NCBI GenBank assembly: GCA_964016885.1
Contig: OZ024745.1
Coordinates: 73,532,001 to 73,596,000, forward strand
DNA: 64,000 nt
Direction: 5' to 3'
From: Eledone cirrhosa
Taxonomy: Eukaryota
The stretch's first letter is position 1. The number at the start of each line of letters is the position of its first letter. The position numbers and the translations under genes are program-made. Shown in pieces: positions 12,996-26,982 of the stretch. The notes beneath the pieces are model-generated. The model was not told where the DNA came from. It did not search any database and saw only the letters and a list, made by a program, of their open reading frames with translations.

Positions 12996-13717
12996 ACTTT
13001 ATTCGAGTGGCACCGGTAAGGTATTATCAGCCATTGAAAGAAAAAGAAAATTATTGAATTCCAAAGAAAACATGTTAGTCAATCATCATTCTGGAGACTT
13101 CATAAGCCAACGCCAGATCACATCTACGTAACAATAATTTAAATTCAAGATCCACTACATTAACATCATTCAGATCACGGGAGCTGCACGTCTATCACAT
13201 TATAGAACATAAATAAACATAGTCATCTGACATCATTAGTTTTACATACTAAATAATGCGTGAGTAAACAGGACAGACAAGAAATCATTTTCAACATTTG
13301 GTTCGCAACACAGTAATAGATAAATATAAAACAATATGAAAATGTCTAGGAAGGATTACTACTATGACAGCAGAAATAAGATGAAGTATTACCGACGTTA
13401 AATTTGGTGTATGTAAGTAAAAGTAAGGAAAGTAGTGAGAAAGTAATTAATCACCAGACGAATGATCCGATCAAATAAGCCAAAATATCTAAATCTTCAA
13501 GCTTGAAGAAGAGTAGTAGCATCTTGCAAACTGTTTGTCACATTAAGCTCACTATATACATACATATACACATACATACATTATATGCATACATATATAC
13601 ACACATGCATACATATATACATACATATATACATAAATGCATACATATATACATACATACATACATACACACACATACATAAAAGTTTACATCAAATATT
13701 CATGCATGCATACATAC

Positions 13718-14326
13718 ATGGTGGCTGCCAACTCGTTTTCGAGTACGGCCACTACTTTATATCCATGTAGGAGAACCCCTACCGATGCGCTGAACGAATG
13801 TGACTTTTTAGTCCAGCCAGCGACTTGAAAACTCTGGTACAAAGACTACACTTGTGACCATTATTGACACATAGTGCAGGGCCCATGGTACCATGTGATG
13901 ACAAGTGCAGAGAGATCTCCAGATATAAAGCAATGCCTGTGCTGTGAAGCTTTTATAGTGAGCAAAGGCACTGCACAAAGCCAGTCCCACTCTCTTAACC
14001 AAGATGATATTTACCAAAAAGAAGAACAAGTCAACATCATTGGATACCATCAGGGTTGCAGGTGTTATATCAGAGTTTTCCTTCTCCTAGAATTCTGCCT
14101 TGACAAAGGCTAAGGGGTCATCTCTCCCGGTGATTTTGGATGGCTATTGACTCTTAAGAGCTCCCTTGCCCTTTGACAGGTTTTGTTTTTAGTCCTGCAG
14201 GATGTCCAAAGTCACCCTCCTCACCAAGAAACCTTGGTGGGGTTGCCAGTTTAGTCGCCAACGACCCGACCATGAGACAGGTTGTACTGGGATACATGTT
14301 ACCAGTAGCACCAACTGGTGACCTGA
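13718..14326 (-). mobile_element. Non-autonomous RTE-derived retroposon
   Basis: Highly similar to 63116-63612. The minus-strand 3' end GGCCGTACTCGAAAACGAGTTGGCAGCCACCAT matches the RTE 3' end. Contains the RTE-5'UTR-like CTAGGAGAAGGAAAACTCTGA. No ORF. Confidence 0.75.
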
Positions 14327-14508
14327 CATACATACATACATGCATACATGCAAACATACATACACACACATACATAAAAGCTTAAATCATATATGTATGC
14401 ATACATGCATACATTCATACATACATGCTTACATCATATATGCATGCATACATACATGTTTACATCATATATGCATGCATACATACATACATGTTTACAT
14501 AATATATG

Positions 14509-14540
<32 letters not shown>

Positions 14541-14761
14541 TATTTATATACGATATTAAACAAATGGAAACTATATATCGTATATCTACTCCAAAAACTA
14601 CTCCAAAAACTTGTCGAGTGCTTTATATCAGTTATAAAATATTTACTTGTTGTAACCCAACAATTTTAAATAAAACTTTTGCATATATTTATATATATAT
14701 GTATATATGTATGTATGCATATATTATGTAAACATGTATGTATGCATGCATATATGATGTA

Positions 14762-14797
<36 letters not shown>

Positions 14798-14846
14798 GTA
14801 AATTTGTTACCTAATAAATTCTTTATACTCGCATTTCCATTTCATA

Positions 14847-14921
<75 letters not shown>

Positions 14922-15122
14922 GCAACTAATAACGCAGATGTTAGCCACAAGGCTAAGGTCTCTACAAATCTTGAGAAAGGACTCAGTGTACTTGACGTCG
15001 GAGTGCAATAATTTTATTTCAAGTTACTAACAATCTCTAAAATGTTTGATCTGGAGATAAGTACAACTATCTCCAGAAGCTTCGTAAAGTTTGTTACACG
15101 TGAAATAAGAGTATTTACATAT

Positions 15123-15174
15123 ATGATGGCTGCCCCCTCGTTATCGAGTATGGCCATTGCACGAGGAGAAAGAA

Positions 15175-15205
<31 letters not shown>

Positions 15206-18200
15206 TAAAATAAAAATAAAAAAAATAAAAAAATATATATATATATACATATACATACATATACACACACACACACACACACACTCACACACACATATGC
15301 ATACACACATACATTAATAACAATAATAATAATAATAATAACAACAATAATAATAACGACAACAACAATAATAATATACATATACATATATATATACACA
15401 CACACGCACACACATAAGCATATCTACACACTCACACACACACGATAGCAACTAACAGCGCTGCGATCGAATGTGGCTTTTTAGCCCAGCCAATGATTTA
15501 AAATGTCTTGCACAGAGTCGGCAACCAAAACATTTACTGGGAATAGTCGGCTGTGGTTGGAGTTCGTGTAATTTTGCATGTCGCTTGAGCCCTCCTGCTG
15601 ATTTACATTCTCTACCACATGTTTGGCAAGCATGATGAGTAGCATCTCCAACAGCAGCCTGGTAGTCAACCACTGGTCTTACTTTATGACTGCGAAGATG
15701 ACTTTCGAGTCCAGCCTTGCTTAGGCAGAGTCTCGCACATACGCTGCATGTCAGCACCATAGGAGGACCCTCGCCGTCTGGAAGTGCAACAGCAATGCCC
15801 TTCCTCATATCCCGCTTTACTTTCTCGTATGCGATTCGAGATGCCCCAAAGGCAACTTTTCCCTCATATACAGTCTTTCTCCATTTATTACGACCAGCAG
15901 CAATATTCTCCCATTTATCAGCAGAGATGTTAGCGTCTTTCAGAGAGGCTTTCAAGGAATCCTTATACCTCTTTTTTGGTTTATGTGGCGGTCGTTTTCC
16001 TTTAACCAACTCTCCATAAAAGAGTTGTTTTGGTATTCTAGAATCCTTCATCCGGGCAAGGTGACCACTCCAACGGAGTCGTTGCTTCAGCACAAGAGCT
16101 TCTATACTGTCACACATAGAGCTTTCCAAAATCTCGACATCACTGATGTGGTCCCTCCAGTGAACGCCATGGATCCGTCTGAGACACATCTGATGGAAAC
16201 GCTCCAATTGCTTAAGGTGGTGTCGATATGTGACCCAGGTCTCGCAGGCATAAAGAAGACAAGAGAGCACACATGCTTTGTACACCTTTACCTTTGTCCT
16301 CCTGCATATGTCTCGCCGACCCCAGAGTCGCCTTTCTAGCTTTCCGAAAGCATCACTTGCTTTCCTAATCCTAAGTGAGATTTCACTGTCAAGGTTGCTG
16401 TATCGATTGACAGTGCTTCCCAGGTAGACAAACTGATCAACCACTCCAAGTCGTTTGCCATACACATAGATGTTTGGTTCAGTGTACTGCTTACCAGGGG
16501 CAGGTTGGTACATGACGACGATTTTCTTGAGACTGACAGTCAGACCTAGGGCAGTGCAAGCGTCAGAAAATGCATTCAAAATGTGCTGCATATCACTCTC
16601 TGTGTGCGCTACAAGATCGCAATCATCTGCATACAAGAGGTCTCTTATGATTGATGTAAATACTTTTGTCTTCGCAGCAAAGCGCCTGATGTTAAATATG
16701 CTGCCTGAGGTTCGATATCGGATGTAAACACCATGCTCGCAATTCCTGAATGCAATACAGAAAACCATTGCAAAGTATATGGCAAACAGGGTCGGTGCTG
16801 GAATATCCCCCTGTTTCACTCCATTTTTTACTGAGATAGGCTCCGACATGTTACCTCCGACATTAACCCAAGCCTTCATGTCGTCATGGAAAGACCTAAC
16901 TAAAGCAAGGAACTTATCAGGGCAACCAAGTTTCTGGAGAACCTTCCATAATGCATCTCTGTTAACAGTATCGAAAGCTTTTGTCAGATCGAAAAAAACC
17001 TGACACAGATCCAAGCCTTGTTCCATGCACTTCTCCTGGAGCTGTCTAGCTGAGAAGATCATATCAGTAGTGCCGCGTCCAGCACGAAAACCAGATTGAC
17101 TTTCAGGAAGAACACAATCTGCAATGTGTGTCAGCAGACGGTCCAGAAGCACCCTACATAAAACTTTCCCTACGACAGAAAGCAATGATATACCTCTGTA
17201 GTTTCCACAATCGTTCCTGTTACCCTTTCCCTTGTACAAGACCACCATTACTGCATCTCTCCAGTCCTCAGGTACGGATTCATTAGCCCATATCCTGCCA
17301 AACAAAGAGTGAAGATGTTGCAGGAGTCTCTCACCACCATATTGTAGGAGCTCAGCATGTATGCCATCCATACCTGGAGATCTTCCACTGTTCAGCTTCG
17401 AAATAGCCACTGCAACCTCCACAAGCGTCGGAGGTTCTGCGAGAGCTAATTTCACAGGACTTTCTGGAATGAGATTGAGGAAATCTTCACTGACGACAGA
17501 CGGCTGATTCAAAAGATCATCAAAGTGCTCTCGCCACCTTCGTAGAATTCCTTGTGAGTCACGAAGAAGTTCTTTGCCATCCTTGCTGCGAAGCGGTGTC
17601 ACCAGAGAAGAAGACGGTCCATAAACCTCACGCAAGAGACTGTACAACAGCTTTGTGTTATTGGAATCAGACGCAGTTTGTATCTCACCAGCCTTCTCAC
17701 TCCACCACTGATCCTTCATCTGAGAAAGACTCCGCCTAACACGTGATTTTACATCCCTGAGTTCCTCATGCAACGTACTCCTCTCCTGTGGCTTTGCCGT
17801 CAAGTAGCGTGACAGAGCACGCCTCTTATCAGCCAACAAGTCTTCTATATGTACATCATTCTCATTAAACCAGTCCTGATGTTTCCCCTGCACCAATCCC
17901 AGAACACCCCTGCCTACATCATAAACCGACTTTTTAAGGGTCGGCCAATCCTCACCAAGATCTGCAGCCTGCATCTCTTCTTCCAATGTCGTCTTCACAT
18001 TTTTATCCTTAAGACGAGCAGCATTCAATCTTTTGGGCAGGGCAACACCAGGAGCCCGGATTTTACGTTTAGTGATTAGTTTCACTTTTGCGCGTACCAG
18101 GCGGTGGTCCGTCCAGCACTCAGCTCCACGAAGAACACGAACACACTGCACATCCTGTCTGTCACGCATCCTGACTAGGACGTAGTCCAAAAGATGCCAT

Positions 18201-18925
18201 TCCTGAGATGCAGGATGCATCCATGTGGTCTTGAATTTGTTCTTTTGTTGGAAAATGGTGTTGGTAACACACAGATCCAGCTCCTCACACATCTGCAGCA
18301 GGAGCATACCATTGCTGTTACACTTACCCACCCCATGCTTTCCGATTACATTCCATGTGTTAAAATCCACTCTAGCATTAAAGTCACCAAGCACGATGAC
18401 TTTGTCTGCCCGAGGGATATTTCTTAAAACACCTTTCAAGGCATGGTAAAAGGACACCTTTTCCTCATCGACAGAACTCATAGTTGGAGCATACACACTC
18501 ACCAGGGTAGCATATCTTCCCTTGTCCAGCGGAACTCTCATGGACATAAGACGCTCACTAATCCCTACATCTCTTCCTTTCCAGAAGAATGTATATTCTC
18601 CACAAAATTCCGTAAGATGACCATCTCCAGCTAACCTCGTCTCAGATAAAGCCACGATGTCAAGATCGTAACGTCGAAGCTCCTTTGCAACAAGAGCGGT
18701 CCTTCGATCAGGACGCTCCAAGGAATCCCTGTCAAGCAGCGTCCGTACGTTCCAGCAGCCAAGACTAAATGCCTTGTTTGGCTCTATTACAATGGCACGA
18801 TGACGAGCGGGCCCAGGCTGTGGTAACCTGGGGCCCCTGCCCGTATTGCCAATGATCTTTTTTGTTCCAGAACCTAAATTGCCAATTATCTCTTTTATAT
18901 TGTTCTGGAACATCATTGAATTGGA
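15123..18925 (-). mobile_element. RTE-clade non-LTR retrotransposon (RTE/BovB-like)
   Basis: Single APE-RT ORF; microsatellite-rich 3'UTR ending GGCCATACTCGATAACGAGGGGGCAGCCATCAT. Confidence 0.92.
15452..18916 (-). CDS. RTE ORF: AP endonuclease + reverse transcriptase + three C-terminal C2H2-type fingers (1154 aa)
   Basis: WNVRTL, ALSETR, YAPT, GDFNAR and TDHRLV (APE); NYRGISLL, QSGFR, FDLTKAFD, GVKQG, LYADD and YLGS (RT); CSVC..HLRSH, CQTC..HAKLH, CRLC..HIRSQ. An apparent in-frame deletion in APE at KGRD|VGISERL. Start codon uncertain. Confidence 0.93.
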   Translation of the reverse strand: MMFQNNIKEIIGNLGSGTKKIIGNTGRGPRLPQPGPARHRAIVIEPNKAFSLGCWNVRTLLDRDSLERPDRRTALVAKELRRYDLDIVALSETRLAGDGHLTEFCGEYTFFWKGRDVGISERLMSMRVPLDKGRYATLVSVYAPTMSSVDEEKVSFYHALKGVLRNIPRADKVIVLGDFNARVDFNTWNVIGKHGVGKCNSNGMLLLQMCEELDLCVTNTIFQQKNKFKTTWMHPASQEWHLLDYVLVRMRDRQDVQCVRVLRGAECWTDHRLVRAKVKLITKRKIRAPGVALPKRLNAARLKDKNVKTTLEEEMQAADLGEDWPTLKKSVYDVGRGVLGLVQGKHQDWFNENDVHIEDLLADKRRALSRYLTAKPQERSTLHEELRDVKSRVRRSLSQMKDQWWSEKAGEIQTASDSNNTKLLYSLLREVYGPSSSLVTPLRSKDGKELLRDSQGILRRWREHFDDLLNQPSVVSEDFLNLIPESPVKLALAEPPTLVEVAVAISKLNSGRSPGMDGIHAELLQYGGERLLQHLHSLFGRIWANESVPEDWRDAVMVVLYKGKGNRNDCGNYRGISLLSVVGKVLCRVLLDRLLTHIADCVLPESQSGFRAGRGTTDMIFSARQLQEKCMEQGLDLCQVFFDLTKAFDTVNRDALWKVLQKLGCPDKFLALVRSFHDDMKAWVNVGGNMSEPISVKNGVKQGDIPAPTLFAIYFAMVFCIAFRNCEHGVYIRYRTSGSIFNIRRFAAKTKVFTSIIRDLLYADDCDLVAHTESDMQHILNAFSDACTALGLTVSLKKIVVMYQPAPGKQYTEPNIYVYGKRLGVVDQFVYLGSTVNRYSNLDSEISLRIRKASDAFGKLERRLWGRRDICRRTKVKVYKACVLSCLLYACETWVTYRHHLKQLERFHQMCLRRIHGVHWRDHISDVEILESSMCDSIEALVLKQRLRWSGHLARMKDSRIPKQLFYGELVKGKRPPHKPKKRYKDSLKASLKDANISADKWENIAAGRNKWRKTVYEGKVAFGASRIAYEKVKRDMRKGIAVALPDGEGPPMVLTCSVCARLCLSKAGLESHLRSHKVRPVVDYQAAVGDATHHACQTCGRECKSAGGLKRHAKLHELQPQPTIPSKCFGCRLCARHFKSLAGLKSHIRSQRC

Positions 18926-19206
18926 AAAAAAAAAAAAAAATAACTTTTAATAACAGTAATAATAATAATAATAATAATAGTACACTATTAATAATCATTA
19001 ATGCACTCGTGCACTGCCTGTGCGTGACGAATATTTTTAAAGTGAGGAAAGACTGTGCACTAAACCAATCCCACTCTCTGAGCGACAGTTGCTATAACCC
19101 GAAAAGAAGAAAAGATCAACATCATCGGTAACTACTGAGCCGCAGGTTTTATGTCGGAGTTAACCCAGTTAACATATATACATACATACATACATACATA
19201 CATACA

Positions 19207-19238
<32 letters not shown>

Positions 19239-19748
19239 CGTGTGTATATATATATATATATATATACGGGATAACAAATTATTGTTATAGGTAGTCCACT
19301 TAGATGTAGTCCAGTTAGGGTACTCCGAGTAGTGGATAGTATTAACGCTTGACTAAGTTTGACTCAACAAGACGTTTCCATAGTGATGCTGCGAGTACGC
19401 GGTGATTTCTATGTAGTTTACACTTGGAGTAATAATAAATCAAGAAAGAAGAGTGACATGGTTTGCTATACAATAAGGGCTTTATTTACCTTGCTGACAA
19501 TCGTTTCTCTGAACTGGTAGGTCTAGAGATCGCTACCCGCCTATTTTTGCGTCAATCGATCACCAATACTTTTTTTTATAACCAGTCAATTAATCAGAGC
19601 ATGCGAGAATGAAGGAAATACACAGGCATGGCTTCTATATATAGTAGTGGCATTAAATCAGAACAATAATAACAGTACTCAAATAAATTAGCTAGACTGT
19701 AAATAGTTAAAATAATATAATCACAACATCAATCTAAGTAAGACATTT

Positions 19749-20276
19749 CTATTTTGTTGTTGAGTACCCTTTTATCGCTCCTAGGATATACAGTAATTCA
19801 AGGTCACAGAGCCAACAATAGGACATACCGGTACTATATGCCCTTGCGGCCGACAACCTCGACCAGTTGATATTGTAGTCGATGTTTTTGTCCTTAAGTT
19901 CCCAGATTTTTTGGGCGAGGGTTGTAGAACCTATTAGTGCACGGTTCTTCATCGAATGTCTGTGCACATACCATCTTTTTTTAAACGTACCCGCGGTGGA
20001 TTCAATGTAATGCCAAGTGGAGTTGCCCGAGTTCACCGTACACATGTACACTAGGCTCGAATCAAGGCACTTGTTCGCCAATGGGCACCTATCTGGTAGG
20101 TGACAATTGCAGTTTGAGGTGTTATTCCGTGCAGCTTCAACACTGCTGTTTTGTACACTGCTATAAGTGGGTTGTGATTCATGCCCGTTGAGGTTTTGCT
20201 GCGGCGCGCTCGTATGCGTATGCGGTTGTGATGCTGTGATGTGTTTATGTTTAGAATTTGGTGCTATGTTGCACAT
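19749..20276 (-). pseudogene. PLE GIY-YIG endonuclease fragment
   Basis: CNC-x5-CPL-x3-C linker, LVY...YIES(G)T..FKKRW..H, TTLA..IWELK, CWLCDLE. Confidence 0.88.
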
Positions 20277-21481
20277 AGGTGGGGTGGTTTCCCTAGAGGT
20301 ATTTCTGTGGTTGATCTTGCGTATGTGGGATTATATATTTGCAGCCGTAGTGTATGAGAGTTTTATAGTTTTTCTATTGAGGATTTTATGATATCTATGT
20401 GATTGTAGGGAAGTGTTTACCTAGGTTGTTTATCTAGGTTTATCTAGGTTGTCGGCCGCAAGAGCATATAGTACCTGTATGTCCTATTGTAGGCTCTGCG
20501 GCCTTGAATTACTGTATATCCTTAGGAACGATAAAAGGCTACTCAACAACAAAATAGAAAGGTCAATTTTCTGCAGACACAGGATCGCTACTAAATTCAC
20601 AAGATTTAAGCCACCGTGATTCGAACCAACATAACTTATCATTCAACATATGAAATCCGCACTCTCACACGGACCACCACAGAACTATAATATTCTTTAA
20701 GCAGCTTCTAGCGTCCTTAATTTTATACCACAGTAATGTCTGCAAATATCTTATCAACCCATAAAATACATCTCTTCTCGGCTGCTGTCAACACAACCTC
20801 GTCACTCTTGATCTTCAACAGATGAACATAATTCTAAGTACATTATTTGACTACTATCACAGTCCTTGAAATATCACCTCCCTCCTGTTGTTATAATGAA
20901 CACCCCAATGTATCCGTAATAGTATTCATCATGTTCTCTCTATATATACCTTGCTTCCTTAACCTCTGTATTAACTTACCGCCTATATTGCTGTTATTGT
21001 TATCTTATCCATGTATGATTTGTTATTGATGCTGTGAGAGCTAAACAACCCCATGATTCGAACTAACAATCCCTTCATCTAATATAGACCAGTTAAATAA
21101 TGAATCCGCTTTACACCACATAAAAATTACCATCCTCACTACAATGAAAATATTTTATCTGTCAGATAATAAATAAATCTTACGGTCAGCAAACCTACAG
21201 TAAAGTAAATGGTCCATTGTTTCAAGCCCCAGGTTATCTCTGCACTATATATAATATACCCCATGACAGCTTTTACATGTCATTTTCATACATCTGCTTC
21301 GTATCAGCTCGTTTTACATGCTAAAGTCATCAGTATACTCTATGTTTTACTTAGATTGATGTTGTGATTATTTTAACTATTTACAATCTAGCTAATTTAT
21401 TTGAGTACTGTTATTATTGTTCTGATTTAATGCCACTACTATATATAGAAGCCATGCCTGTGTATTTCCTTCATTCTCGCA

Positions 21482-21589
21482 TGCTCTGATGAATTGACTG
21501 GTTATAACAAAGTGTTGGTGATCGATTGACGCAAAAACAGGCGGGTAGCGATCTCTAGACCTACCAGTTCAGAGAAACAATTGTCAGCA
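21482..21589 (+). ncRNA. Type I hammerhead ribozyme motif with long helix II (PLE terminal repeat)
   Basis: tgct-CTGATGA(21486)-..actggt..accagt..-GAAA(21574)-caattg-TC-agca, then AATAAA at 21595. The mirror copy at about 19492-19601 has a mutated core (CTGATTA). Confidence 0.75.
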
Positions 21590-21757
21590 ATGTGAATAAA
21601 GCCCTTATTGTATAGCAAACCATGATGTCACTCTTCTTTCTTGATATATATAAATATATATATATATATATATGGAAAGTTATATTTAAATTGTTGGGAA
21701 ATATATATAATGAAATAAATATGGTTTTATAAATATAGTTTCCATTTATTTAATATC

Positions 21758-22418
<661 letters not shown>

Positions 22419-22464
22419 AATCTGTTATTTTAATAAATATACATATATATATATATATATATAT

Positions 22465-23257
<793 letters not shown>

Positions 23258-23263
23258 TGTATG

Positions 23264-26225
23264 TTATCTCTTTCTCTTAATTTCGAGTATATTTTTTTTT
23301 GACCGGCCACCTTCCTGGTGGCAAGGTTGTAAAAGAAAAGAAATTGTCATCCCTTGAATCGCAAGAATGTTTTGCAAATTTTGAAGGTGCCAACTATCGC
23401 AGCCATTTGTAGACTTTGAATTAGGGAGCTGCGCTTTTTGTCCGCAAATCCAAGTTCAGTCATACTTTGGTCCAAGCGGGTTGGTATATAACTCGTAGCT
23501 CCAATAATGATGGGTATGAAGCTAAAGGTGTATCTTGGATACTGGATTTGTAAACTCGTCATCAATGGTCCGTAGTTGTCCTCCTTCTCCTGTATTTTTC
23601 TGACAACGTTTACAACAAGTGGGCAGCTGATCTCCACAACAGAACACGTTTTCAATGTGTGGTCCCAAACAACAATATCAGGCCGGTTGTGCTTTAATTT
23701 GGTGGCAGTTTTTATTTTCAGGTTCCACCAGTATTCCTTAGTGCCATCTGTCTCAATATATTCTTCCTCGTTTGTTGTTAATTTTGTTTTCCGAAGTGCG
23801 TTCCAGATGGTTCTAGCTATCCCATCGTGTCTCATGGGGAGGTAGTAGCGAGATGACATTCTTTCGCAGCTGGCAACAATGTGGCTTACATCCTCGATCT
23901 TTGTTTTACATAGCCTACATTTATTGTCAGCTGCTGGCCCTCCTCTTTTGTTTCAGCAGATATTTGGTAGGGAGTTCTTGTTCCTGTATTGCATAGAGAT
24001 ATCCCTCAAGGTGTGATGTCATAAACTTGTCGGAACTCCATGCCAGGCTTTTTGAGTGGATTATCCCCTCTATGGTCTGTGTTTTACGTCTCAAGTATCC
24101 ATGCACTACTTTTTCTGTCAATTGGTCAAATTTTTTTTATCTTGTTTGAACATTGAATAGGATCTTCCGATTTCTCTGGGTGAGGGATTTATATCAGGCT
24201 TTATTCCATATCTCTCCTCCAGATCAGTCGCTATTCTAATGATATTTTTTTTCATGCTCATAAACCTGGGAAAGATGGTTGCCAACCTTTTTCCTCTGTT
24301 GAAGGTGTTGCTTCAGTGTTACTATCCGGGTCTCATATGTTGTTAATATTGATTTTAGACCCCGGCCACCTTCCTTGCGTGAGAAGTATAGCCTATCCAC
24401 ATCACCATTGATGTTAAAGTTCCCAGTAACACTGAGAAGTTTGCGAATTCTAACATCCATCTCACTTAGTTCTTGCAATGACCAGTTCAGCAGGCCAAAT
24501 GTTGGCGTTAGAATTGGCACAGCATAAGCATTGTGGGCAATGTATTTGTTGTACGCTGACAGTTCTGATGACCATATTTTCTTTACTCTTCTGAGGTATT
24601 CAGTTCTGGTTCTCTCCTTATTTATGGGTCCATCATATCTGACATTCTCATCCTGTCCAAGATATCTGTAGTTGTCACCTGACTGTAGAGGTTGTATTGT
24701 CAGGCCGTTCATCTCTAGATTTCTAGAGGAGGGCACAGCTCTTCCACGTTTTACTGCCAAATATGCACACTTGGACTCACCAAATTTTATTTTGATGTCG
24801 GTTGAAAATTGTGTAATGAGGTCCAATTGTTTCTTGATGTCATTGATATTTGGCCCATACAACTTCAGGTCATCAACAAAGAAAAGATGGGAGATACTTC
24901 TGGACCCACTTCTTTGTCCACCTTGTTTCCTGAGTAGGTAAGATAGTGGATTCAGTGAGAGAACGAAGAGTAGCACTGACAAGCTATCACCCTGAAAGAT
25001 GCCCTTCTGGTAATGTATCTTATCAGTCTTAACTTGCTCCTTCTCACCTCTAAGGATCAAATTGGTGTACCAGTTCTTGGTCAGGCGTTAGAAAGCAGCT
25101 ACCAATGGTTGTGGGACTTTGGCTAACTGTAAAGCCTTAATAATCCACCCATGAGGTACACTATCAAATGCTTTTTGATAGTCCAGCCACACCACAGTCA
25201 TGTTTCTGCGATTCTTTGTTGTTTTTTCCTGAATCATTTTATTAGTTAGTAGGTGATCTATGCAACCCCACACCTCCCTCTTTCCACCAGCTCGCTCAGG
25301 TGTTATGATGTTGTTGGTAGCACAGTGATCCTGTAAGAACAGGTTAAGGCACCCAGTATATAATTTATACATGATGTTTTGGCAGGCTATTGGGCGGTAA
25401 TTTTTAGCAAGGGTGGTTTGGCTATTTTTGGGAATGAGGAGAGTAGTGGCAGTTGATAACCATCTGGGCAGTTCTTGTGTGCCTTTAATGGTTTCTGTAA
25501 ACAGCCGTATGAGATCTTGCCGATAGAAAGTGAAATTCTTCAACCAGTATCCTGTAATGAGGTCTGGGCCTGGCGATTTCCTATTCGACATTTTCTGTAG
25601 AGCTGTTTCCAGTATTGACCCATCTATGTCATATTGTTTTGTCTGGACATGTTGACAGTAGTCCTGTTCCAGTTCTTTTAGCCAATTAGTTTGTCCGTTG
25701 AATCCGTCATCCGTTTCCCATACAGATCTCCAGTAGCTCTCAACCTGTTCTTTTGAAGGGGTGTCATTTACAGGGATTGAGCTTTTGCCACCGAAGCTGC
25801 GATAAACTGATTTAGGTTCTCTGGCAAACAATCTCTTTAGCACTTGTCGTTTATGTGTTGTTGACTTATATTTTAGTCTTTCTGTTGTAGCTGTGAGTTG
25901 TTGTTTCAACTGGTGTAATTTGGAGTTCAAAGTTTTAAATTTTGTAAACGACTGCGATGTGTGAGATACTTTGTCTCAGGGACAAAATTTTGGTTTTTAA
26001 ATTTCGCATCCACGCTGGTTCAGGCTTTCTGTTTGTATCTTGATTGCGTGGTTTTAGATCTGTGTTATATGATAGCAATGTAACAGCTGAAACATATAAC
26101 AAAATATTAAGTGTTTCAAATGTCGTTTCTACACCTTTAGATCGTATAGCCTTCAGATAATTGCCAGCTATTTCGTTCATCGCTTCCAATTCCAATTTAG
26201 TGGGTTCTTTAATAATTCTGGTGTT
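23264..26225 (-). mobile_element. R4/Dong-like non-LTR retrotransposon (RT + CCHC + restriction-like endonuclease), frameshifted and 5'-truncated
   Basis: Fragments 25935-26195, 25088-25930 (KSPGPD, NYRPIAC, DYQKAFDSV), 24236-25060 (GIFQGDSLS, FVDDLK, YRYLG, GGRGL), CRLC..H..C near 23870-23915, and 23347-23859 (RHD, RPDIV, EISCP). The 3' end abuts (ATAC)n. Confidence 0.9.
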
Positions 26226-26230
26226 GTATG

Positions 26231-26288
<58 letters not shown>

Positions 26289-26299
26289 ATGTATGTATG

Positions 26300-26419
26300 T
26301 TATCTCTTTCTCTTAATTTCGAGTATATTTTTTTTGACCGGCCACCTTCCTGGTGGCAAGGTTGTAAAAGAAAAGAAATTGTCATCTCTTGAATCGCAAG
26401 AATGTTTTTCAAATCTTGA
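26300..26419 (-). mobile_element. 120-bp 3'-end copy of the same R4-like element
   Basis: Near-identical to 23264-23385; (GTAT)n on both sides. Confidence 0.88.
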
Positions 26420-26497
26420 TGTATGTATGTATGTATAAATGTATGTATGTACGTATGTATGTATGTATGTATGTATGTATGTATGTATGTATGTTTG

Positions 26498-26560
<63 letters not shown>

Positions 26561-26729
26561 GTCGTTCTTTTTCGGCTGTACGGGTGATTTTAGGCATGAT
26601 CTCTGTGTGTTGGTATTTTAACGATCGTTATAGCTCTGGTTAATCAAAACTATTGAGCCCTCTGCCACACATGTCGGATATTGTTTATCGTGATTTCGTG
26701 GGCCGATATTCCGATTCTCGATCATTCTA

Positions 26730-26789
<60 letters not shown>

Positions 26790-26885
26790 AGGTATAGGTA
26801 GTACTTGTGAATTTGCACCGTGGAAACACTTGTAAGCACACGGAATAAATTACCTTTTTATGATGTCTACCTGTTATTATTCATT

Positions 26886-26979
<94 letters not shown>

Positions 26980-26982
<3 letters not shown>

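Larger units (their letters stand above)
19268..21645. mobile_element. Penelope-like element (Naiad/Neptune type), truncated, in inverted arrangement within (TA)n
   Basis: 19440-19746 is the inverse of 21342-21645, and 19747-19860 is the inverse of 20445-20560. Inversion junction near 20420-20450; GIY-YIG ORF inside. Confidence 0.88.
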
